Positions 57,769 to 64,000 of a stretch of DNA of 64,000 nucleotides are shown here, one piece after another (positions within the stretch are counted from its first letter, which is position 1; each line of letters starts with the position of its first letter). The DNA lies in NCBI GenBank assembly GCA_945901855.1, contig CAMDLT010000013.1, forward strand, positions 3,421 to 67,420, read 5' to 3'. Made by a program: the position numbers and the translations under genes. Under the pieces are notes generated by a model. It saw only the letters and a program-made list of their open reading frames with translations. It searched no databases and was not told the DNA's origin. The stretch is from Asaia bogorensis. GTDB lineage: Bacteria; Pseudomonadota; Alphaproteobacteria; CACIAM-22H2.

Positions 57769-58623
57769 ATGAAGGCGCGCTGGCACTGGGTTCTGCTTCC
57801 GTCGCTAACTTTGTCGCTGGCATTGCTGTTGGCGTCACAGATCGCTTTTTTACGCGGCAGTTTTTTCCAAGATCTTCGGCTCGGTCGTTTGGGCACGACT
57901 TTTACGATCGAAAACTACGCGCGCTTTTTTGCCGACGACATCTATTGGAACTCGTTGCTTCTCACGGTCCAACTCTCCGCGACAGTGGCGCTGCTCACGC
58001 TGGCATGCGGCTTTCCGATTGCCTACATCCTGGCTCGGATGCGCTCGCGCTGGTCATTGATGTTGCTGGCAGCACTGATTGCAGCTTCATTCGTTACGAT
58101 CGTGATCAAGGTGCTAGGGTTGATCATTATCTTCTCGAGCAGCGGCACACTTAACCGGCTCCTTGTCGGCTCGGGATTGCTCGACAAACCGCTGACGATC
58201 ATGGGGCAATCCTCGGGCGTTGTCATCGGCCTCATGCATTTCACCATGGGGTTTGCGGTACTATTGCTCTATTCGGTTGTGCGCACGATTCCACGCTCGC
58301 TGGAGGAGGCAGCCGAAATCCATGGCGCGCCGCGCTGGAGAGTTTTTCTTCGCGTCGTTCTGCCGCTTGCGACGCCCGGGATCGTCGTCACCGCGTTGAT
58401 TGTTTTCAATCTCTGCATGGGCGCCTTCACCTCGGCGGCCCTGATTGGCGGCGGCAAGGTCTTTACCCTACCGGTATTGATCCAGCAGACGGTAATTTTA
58501 CAAACACGCTACGGGATGGGTGCCACGATCTCCGCTGTTCTGATGGTGGTTACACTTGCAATCAATTTGATTTCGGTTGTGATCATGGCGCGCTTCGGTT
58601 CGCATCGCGGAACGACGGCATGA
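57769..58623 (+). CDS. ABC transporter permease (PotB / spermidine-putrescine type)
   Basis: 284 aa, 6 TM segments, EAA loop EEAAEIHGAPRWRVFLRVVLP. Confidence 0.8.
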   Translation: MKARWHWVLLPSLTLSLALLLASQIAFLRGSFFQDLRLGRLGTTFTIENYARFFADDIYWNSLLLTVQLSATVALLTLACGFPIAYILARMRSRWSLMLLAALIAASFVTIVIKVLGLIIIFSSSGTLNRLLVGSGLLDKPLTIMGQSSGVVIGLMHFTMGFAVLLLYSVVRTIPRSLEEAAEIHGAPRWRVFLRVVLPLATPGIVVTALIVFNLCMGAFTSAALIGGGKVFTLPVLIQQTVILQTRYGMGATISAVLMVVTLAINLISVVIMARFGSHRGTTA

Positions 58624-59459
58624 ACCGCTATCGGGCCATCGGCAGTTTACGCAAAACCGTTGCCGCGTTCTGGGTATTTGCCGTATTCGTATTTTTGTTC
58701 GCACCGCTCGTCGTCGTCGTCGGGGCCTCCTTCGACGGCGGCGAACGCACCTTCCTCAGCTTTCCGCCGCGCGAACTTTCGCTTCACTGGTATGGCCGAA
58801 TCGATCCAGATCTTTTTCAAGCGCTGGGTCTCAGCATACTGCTCGGCACGATCACCGCGATCCTTGCATGCTTGATCGGCGTGCCTGCCGCCTTGGGACT
58901 GGTAAGGGCACAGTTTCCAGGCAAGGCACTGGTTGCGGCTGCGTTTCGCGCACCTTTGCAGATCCCGGCCGTCGTGATCGGGGTCTCGTTTCTCAAACTC
59001 TTTTATTTGATCGGCGATGTGACCGGCATCTATATCGTCGGCACGTTACCAGGTCTCGTGGTCGCGCACACGTTCCTTGCAACTCCCTATTTGATCGGAT
59101 CCGTATCGGCCGTTCTCCTACGCTTCAATGCGCGGCTCGAGGAGGCGGCGTTGAGTCTCGGAGCGAGCCGCTGGCGTACATTGAGGCGTGTGACGCTGCC
59201 GGTGATCATGCCCGGCATCTACACCGGCGCAATGTACGCGTTCTTGGTTTCGTTCGGTGACGTGCCGGTAGCATTGTTTCTGGGCGGATCTGGTATGCAG
59301 CCTTTTGCCGCCAAGATATTCCATTTGATGGAGTTCGATTTCGATCCGTCCTTGCTAGCGATCTCGACTTTCATCATCGTCGGCTCGGTCGCCGCCATTT
59401 ATCTGCTGCAACGTGCAGTCGGCCTCGAAGAGCTAGGCCGCTCCGGCGGTGCCAATTGA
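58620..59459 (+). CDS. ABC transporter permease (PotC type)
   Basis: 279 aa, EAA loop EEAALSLGASRWRTLRRVTLP. ATGA overlap with the upstream permease. Confidence 0.8.
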   Translation: MNRYRAIGSLRKTVAAFWVFAVFVFLFAPLVVVVGASFDGGERTFLSFPPRELSLHWYGRIDPDLFQALGLSILLGTITAILACLIGVPAALGLVRAQFPGKALVAAAFRAPLQIPAVVIGVSFLKLFYLIGDVTGIYIVGTLPGLVVAHTFLATPYLIGSVSAVLLRFNARLEEAALSLGASRWRTLRRVTLPVIMPGIYTGAMYAFLVSFGDVPVALFLGGSGMQPFAAKIFHLMEFDFDPSLLAISTFIIVGSVAAIYLLQRAVGLEELGRSGGAN

Positions 59460-59490
59460 CCTCAACCTTCGCAAAATCAGGAGAATGCCC

Positions 59491-60570
59491 ATGACGACGA
59501 TCGCAAGACGACGCCTCCTCGCGGGCCTAGCCGTATCGGGCGCTGCGTTGGCAGCACCCGCCTTGCGGGCCCAGACGCCTCGTTTTGCGGGCGTTACTCT
59601 GCGCGTCGCGACCTTTGGCGGCGGCTGGGACCGCGCGGTCCACAAATATGCAGGCATCAAGCTCGAAGAACTTGGCGCCAAAGTCGAATACGTGACAGCA
59701 CCGCCGCGCGACAATCTTGCCAAGCTAATCGCGGCCAAAGGACGTCCGGCTCCATTTGACGTCGTCGAGATGGCGGACCTGACCTGGGTCGATACGTACG
59801 ATGCCGGATTTCTGCAAAAAATCGATCTGGCGAACATACCCAACCGCCGCGACCTGCTGCCAAGCCAATCCGACGAATGGAAGGTCGCAAGCTGGGCCAC
59901 GCAAGAGGGCATCGTCTTCAATGCCGATCGCTTCGCCGCCGCCGGCATTCCAAGGCCCGAACGCTACAAGGACCTGCTCGACCCGCGGCTTGCAGGCAAG
60001 CTTGCGCTGATCGATATCTCCCAGGCCGGTGCTGCCCAACTTCTCGTCGGCGCTTCGACCGACGAGGGTGGCAGCATGCGCGACATTGAAGCAGGTTTGC
60101 GGTTCGTTCGCGCAGCGAATCCGTTCCAGTTTTGGAAAGTCGGCGCCCAGGCTGTAACGCTGTTCAATTCGGGCGACATATGGGCCTCGACGATGCACGC
60201 CGGTTTTGCCGTGCAGATGCGCCGTGCCGGGTTGCCCGTGAGCTTTGCCCACCCGCGTGTGGGTCCGCGCCAGCGCGGCCTGCTCAAAGAAGGCTGGCTT
60301 GGCGTTGTGCGCGGCACACCGCAACCGCGCGCCGCCGAATTCTTCATCAACGAATACGTGTCCGAAGCCACGCAACACGGGCTTGCGACCGAACGCGGAG
60401 TCGTTCCCGTGAACGGCAAAGCGCGCGCGCGCCTGGCAAGCGATCCGATCTTAAACGAGATGTTCTTGCTGAGCGATGCTGACGTCGCGAACATGGTCCA
60501 AGTCGACTTCAACGTTTTCAACATCGACGACGCAACGCAACGCTGGACTCGTGCCGTAAGCCAACGCTAG
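59491..60570 (+). CDS. ABC transporter substrate-binding protein (PotD/PotF-like) with Tat signal
   Basis: MTTIARRRLLAGLAVSGAALAAPALRA, AGGAGA RBS 7 nt upstream, about 360 aa. Confidence 0.75.
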   Translation: MTTIARRRLLAGLAVSGAALAAPALRAQTPRFAGVTLRVATFGGGWDRAVHKYAGIKLEELGAKVEYVTAPPRDNLAKLIAAKGRPAPFDVVEMADLTWVDTYDAGFLQKIDLANIPNRRDLLPSQSDEWKVASWATQEGIVFNADRFAAAGIPRPERYKDLLDPRLAGKLALIDISQAGAAQLLVGASTDEGGSMRDIEAGLRFVRAANPFQFWKVGAQAVTLFNSGDIWASTMHAGFAVQMRRAGLPVSFAHPRVGPRQRGLLKEGWLGVVRGTPQPRAAEFFINEYVSEATQHGLATERGVVPVNGKARARLASDPILNEMFLLSDADVANMVQVDFNVFNIDDATQRWTRAVSQR

Positions 60571-60577
60571 CGCCGAG

Positions 60578-61561
60578 ATGCAGATCGCGATCGTCGGAGC
60601 GGGCGCTATCGGCGGTGCGCTCGCGCATGCGCTTACGAAAAGCGGTGCCGACCCTCTTCTGGTCGCGCGCGGCGCAGTTGCGGCTGCGATCCGTCGCGAC
60701 GGGCTGCGTGTGGACCGCATGGGCACTGCCGAAACCTCTCGGCCACGCGTCGTCGTGGATACAAACACGGCTGGCGTACAGGATGTCGTGATCGGCACGC
60801 TGAAAGCCCAAGATTGGCTAGCAGCCGCCGATCTCTTTCGACCGCTGATCGGCCCCCGCACGGTGATATTGCCAGCGCTCAACGGCGTTCCGTGGTGGTA
60901 CTTTCATGGCGAGGGCGGACGCCACAACGGTATGCACTTGGTGAGCCTCGACCCTGATCGGATTCTAGCCAATCTATTTCCAGTGAAGCAGTTGATCGGA
61001 ACAGTCGTATATATGGCTGTTTCTCGGGCAGATCCCGGTGTCTTATCGTGGCCAACCGGCAATCGCCTCGTGCTGGGACGCGCGCAAGAAGATGGCGGAG
61101 ATCCAGCGCCTATCGCCAAGCTTTTGCGGGACGCAGGAATGGCGATAGACGAAGCCGAAGACATTCGCCACGCCGTCTGGAGCAAGCTGCTCGGCAATGC
61201 GAGCCTTAATCCCGTGTCGGCGCTTTCCTTGCAGACGGTCGAAGGAATGCTCGACGACCCCGACCTACTCGCCGTATGTGCCGATGCTGTTCGCGAGACA
61301 ATCGCCCTGGCAGCGGGCGTCGGCAGACCCATCGAGACGAGCGTGGAAGCGCGCCTGGATTTGGCCCGACAGCTCGGCCCATTTCGCACGTCAATGCTAC
61401 AAGATTTCGAAGCGGGTCGCGCGCTTGAAATTGCAGCCATGCTCGATGCGCCCATAGAAATCGGACGCCTCGTCGGCGTGCCCACACCGGTTCTGGAAAC
61501 GTTGGCGCGTCTTACTCGTGCAGCCGTCTTGCGCCGCAACCGTTCCCGCTCGCCCGCATGA
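60578..61561 (+). CDS. 2-dehydropantoate 2-reductase (PanE/ApbA) family oxidoreductase
   Basis: MQIAIVGAGAIGGALA Rossmann N-terminus, ApbA N- and C-terminal domain pattern (LPALNGV, KLLGNASLNP). Confidence 0.8.
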   Translation: MQIAIVGAGAIGGALAHALTKSGADPLLVARGAVAAAIRRDGLRVDRMGTAETSRPRVVVDTNTAGVQDVVIGTLKAQDWLAAADLFRPLIGPRTVILPALNGVPWWYFHGEGGRHNGMHLVSLDPDRILANLFPVKQLIGTVVYMAVSRADPGVLSWPTGNRLVLGRAQEDGGDPAPIAKLLRDAGMAIDEAEDIRHAVWSKLLGNASLNPVSALSLQTVEGMLDDPDLLAVCADAVRETIALAAGVGRPIETSVEARLDLARQLGPFRTSMLQDFEAGRALEIAAMLDAPIEIGRLVGVPTPVLETLARLTRAAVLRRNRSRSPA

Positions 61562-61630
61562 ATGCGCACCCGCACGAGCCCGACCGAATCTCATTAGACA
61601 CGCGCGGAAACCGCCCCTAGGCTGAAGCGA

Positions 61631-62788
61631 GTGGTGGTTGCAACGGAGAAAGGGCGCGTGGTTTCGAAACTGGCATCGCCTTACGACGGACTGGCTTGGG
61701 CGACGGCGCCAATTCGTGCGTTGCCGCCCTATCGCGGTCCAGTAACGCTAGCGGATTTCCCGGATCCGACACGGTGCCCGCGTCTCATCCATCTAAACGA
61801 GTCACCGCTGCCGCCCTCCCCCCATGTGGCCGAAGCGATCCGCGCGGCGACTCACGATCTCAACCGCTATCCCGATATTGCTGGTCGCGCGTTGGCCAAC
61901 GCAGTCGCAGAGCGTGTCCAGATGCCGCGCGAAAATATCGTTTTCGGCTGCGGTAGCGACGAGTTGCTGCATTTCTCAACGACGATAACGCTGGCAGCCG
62001 GTGACGAAGCAGTGGTACCGGCCCCCGCGTTTCCGCGCTACGCGTTATCGACAAGACTGGCGGGCGCCATTCCCAGGCGTGCCAAGCTCGACGCCGAAGG
62101 AGCTTGCGATCCTGACGAGATCTTGGCTGCGATAGGACCACGCACCCGTCTGGTGTTCGTGTGCACGCCCAATCCGCCGTCCGGCGGCATGATGACTGGC
62201 GAAGCCCTGCGCGCCGTGGCGCATGGCGTGCCCGAAGATGTGCTTTTGCTGTTGGACGAAGCCTATTACGAATTCGGACACCATCGCGGGGGGCCGGATA
62301 CACTGGCGATCATGCGCGAGCGAAAAGGCCCGTGGCTCGCAACGCGCACTTTCTCCAAGGCGTACGCATTGGCCGCGTTGCGCGTTGGCTACGCAATCTG
62401 CGGCGATGCGTCGGTCGCAGAAGCGTTGCGCCGCGCCAAACTGCAGTTCAACGTCCCGACCTTGAGCCAAGCCGCCGCATTGGCAGCATTTCAAGACCAA
62501 CCCTACCTCGACAAATTGCTCGACGCCGTTTCGGCCGAGCGCGCAAATCTTGCAACCGGCCTCGCGCGACTTGGACTGCGCGTCTGGCCGTCGGCAGCGA
62601 ATTTCGTTTCGTGCGTGCTGCCAGGCCCGGCAACCCTGGCGATGGCGGCGCTTGAGAAGGACGGGATCCTGGTACGCGACTGGCGAGACCCCGAGCATCT
62701 CAACGAACTTCGCATCGGCGTTGGTATGCCGGACGACACGCACGCAGTGCTAGCCGCGTTGGAGCGCTATTTGGGAGATGCCGCGTGA
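61631..62788 (+). CDS. class I/II PLP-dependent aminotransferase (histidinol-phosphate aminotransferase-like)
   Basis: HisC-like motifs: NESP, FGCGSDE, TPNPPSGG, and the PLP-lysine region RTFSKAYALAALRVGY. GTG start; exact start uncertain. Confidence 0.8.
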   Translation: MVVATEKGRVVSKLASPYDGLAWATAPIRALPPYRGPVTLADFPDPTRCPRLIHLNESPLPPSPHVAEAIRAATHDLNRYPDIAGRALANAVAERVQMPRENIVFGCGSDELLHFSTTITLAAGDEAVVPAPAFPRYALSTRLAGAIPRRAKLDAEGACDPDEILAAIGPRTRLVFVCTPNPPSGGMMTGEALRAVAHGVPEDVLLLLDEAYYEFGHHRGGPDTLAIMRERKGPWLATRTFSKAYALAALRVGYAICGDASVAEALRRAKLQFNVPTLSQAAALAAFQDQPYLDKLLDAVSAERANLATGLARLGLRVWPSAANFVSCVLPGPATLAMAALEKDGILVRDWRDPEHLNELRIGVGMPDDTHAVLAALERYLGDAA

Positions 62789-63303
62789 GTCCGGCGCCGA
62801 TGCGCGGTAAGGCGATCATCGCGGCGCTGAAGCGCGCGGGTGTGGAATTCGTCGTGGCGTTGCCCGACATCGTAACCAGCGATGGGCTGCTATGGCCACT
62901 GTCGCGAGATCCAGACATAAAATTGTTGCGCGTGTGCAAAGAAGACGAAGGGATTGGAATTTGCGCGGGCCTGGCATTTGCCGACCGACGCGCGGTTTTG
63001 CTGATCCAGCAGACCGGCTTGCTCGACTCGATCAACGCGCTGCGCGCAGTGGGCGTGGAATATAACCAGCCGATCGTTCTCCTCGTTGGCATGCAAGGCA
63101 AGGAGCCGGGCATCGATCCTGCGGTATCCCAAAAAATATCCGTACGCATCGTCCCCCCAATCCTGGATGCGATGGGCGTTGAATATCGTTGGCTCGAGCA
63201 GCAAGCAGACGAGATGCAGGTGGAGCCTGCCATCGAAAGAGCCTATGCCATGTCGCATCCGATCTGCCTGCTGATCGGCTCCAGCCCGAGCACAGAACCA
63301 TGA
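62785..63303 (+). CDS. comD: sulfopyruvate / phosphonopyruvate decarboxylase alpha subunit (TPP enzyme N-terminal PYR domain)
   Basis: 172 aa, resembles the pyrimidine-binding domain of split TPP decarboxylases (EDEGIGICAGLAF). ATGA overlap with the beta-subunit gene. Confidence 0.7.
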   Translation: MSPAPMRGKAIIAALKRAGVEFVVALPDIVTSDGLLWPLSRDPDIKLLRVCKEDEGIGICAGLAFADRRAVLLIQQTGLLDSINALRAVGVEYNQPIVLLVGMQGKEPGIDPAVSQKISVRIVPPILDAMGVEYRWLEQQADEMQVEPAIERAYAMSHPICLLIGSSPSTEP

Positions 63304-63875
63304 TGAAACGCGACGAATGCCTGCGTGTGCTGGCGGGCCATGTGCGCGACGAAGCGGTCGTTGCGACCTACCAAGCGGCATTCGACTGGATGGCGGTAGC
63401 GCCACGCGATCTCAACTATGTTTCAATCGGCGCTATGGGTATCGCGTCGTCGCACGGGCTTGGTTTGGCATTGGGGCAGCCTGACCGACGCGTAATCGTG
63501 CTCGATGGCGACGGCAGTCTGCTGATGAACTTGGGTTCCCTTGCCACGATCGCATCAACGGCCCCGCGCAACCTGGTGCATTTGGTTTGCGTCAACGGTG
63601 TCTACGAGGCCAATGGCAGCCACCCCCTGCCGGGCGCCGCCACGCTCGATTTTACCGCAATCGCGAAAGGTGCAGGGTTGGCAGACTCAGCAACGTTAGC
63701 AACGCTGGACGAATTCAAGGCGGATATTCCCCATATCCTGTCCGGTAACGGTCCGATTTTTCGCGCTTTGATCGTAACTGCAGGTGCTCCAAGCCCCCAG
63801 AACTACGCCTACATCCATGGCGCCGAAACTCGCAGTCGTTTCAAGGCTGCGTTTACGCGGCCTTCAACCCATTAG
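63300..63875 (+). CDS. comE: sulfopyruvate / phosphonopyruvate decarboxylase beta subunit (TPP-binding PP domain)
   Basis: 191 aa, TPP diphosphate-binding motif GDGSLLMNLGSL...N. Confidence 0.7.
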   Translation: MMKRDECLRVLAGHVRDEAVVATYQAAFDWMAVAPRDLNYVSIGAMGIASSHGLGLALGQPDRRVIVLDGDGSLLMNLGSLATIASTAPRNLVHLVCVNGVYEANGSHPLPGAATLDFTAIAKGAGLADSATLATLDEFKADIPHILSGNGPIFRALIVTAGAPSPQNYAYIHGAETRSRFKAAFTRPSTH

Positions 63876-63882
63876 GACTCCG

Positions 63883-64000
63883 ATGAAACGTAGCCCCTTG
63901 CTCGATACGCAGTGGCGCTATGCAGCGCCCGGCAAGCTTGAAGATTTTACGCGCACCGATTGGGAAGTGCTCGCCGCCCAGCGCCCGCCCTATCAAGCGC
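63883..64000 (+). CDS. hypothetical protein, 5' fragment (runs off the right edge)
   Basis: ATG with AGGAC upstream. MKRSPLLDTQWRYAAPGKLEDFTRTDWEVLAAQRPPYQA... No family recognised. Confidence 0.25.
   Translation, partial: MKRSPLLDTQWRYAAPGKLEDFTRTDWEVLAAQRPPYQA

Overview
The window is 64 kb of high-GC (about 65-70%) bacterial chromosome and is almost entirely metabolic and transport genes. The many TRAP transporters, a Bug/TctC binding protein and a Sox cluster suggest an alphaproteobacterium, but this is inference. I recognised no rRNA, tRNA, CRISPR array, transposase, integrase or classical defence genes.

All identifications are from reading the six-frame translations for family-specific motifs; no database search was run. 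Start coordinates are my choices within the supplied ORFs and may be off by 1-3 nt or one alternative start codon.

Contents, left to right:
- 1-15.2 kb: a sugar / sugar-acid oxidative catabolic locus. It has an aldose 1-epimerase, an IclR regulator fused in frame to an SMP-30/gluconolactonase domain, an SDR dehydrogenase, an enolase-superfamily (MR/MLE) dehydratase, two DHDPS-family enzymes and a TIM-barrel sugar isomerase. It also has two CUT1-type ABC importers that share a single MalK-like ATPase.
- 15.3-20.3 kb: a TRAP system (fused DctQM plus DctP), a ferritin-like di-iron protein and a TctC binding protein.
- 20.3-31 kb: a roughly 10 kb minus-strand operon. Order: amidohydrolase, GntR, TRAP DctPQM, allantoin-racemase-like enzyme, PuuE-like deacetylase, a 62-aa ORF, Fe-alcohol dehydrogenase, cytoplasmic GGT. 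A second Asp/Glu-racemase-family gene is divergent from it.
- 31-38.2 kb: a 6-deoxyhexose-like (fucose-like) locus. It has a cupin, TRAP DctMQP, GntR, a DHDPS-family aldolase, an aldo/keto reductase, an amidohydrolase_2 lactonase and FucU.
- 38.3-41.4 kb: a PAS-containing hybrid sensor kinase, frameshifted at a homopolymer.
- 41.4-41.7 kb: a 270-bp AT-rich island carrying phased repeats.
- 42.9-51 kb: a thiosulfate-oxidation cluster. soxW-like and soxV-like genes converge on a DUF336 gene and soxB, followed by soxX, soxA, soxZ, soxY, soxD and soxC. A 31-bp palindrome lies upstream of soxC.
- 51.2-63.9 kb: a 2-hydroxyacid dehydrogenase, a second cytoplasmic GGT, an ABC-F ATPase, a cupin, a Rieske oxygenase alpha subunit interrupted by an in-frame TGA, a PotBCD-like ABC importer with no ATPase, a PanE-like reductase, a HisC-like aminotransferase and sulfopyruvate / phosphonopyruvate decarboxylase ComDE.

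Many adjacent genes overlap by 4 nt (ATGA or GTGA), indicating translational coupling within operons.
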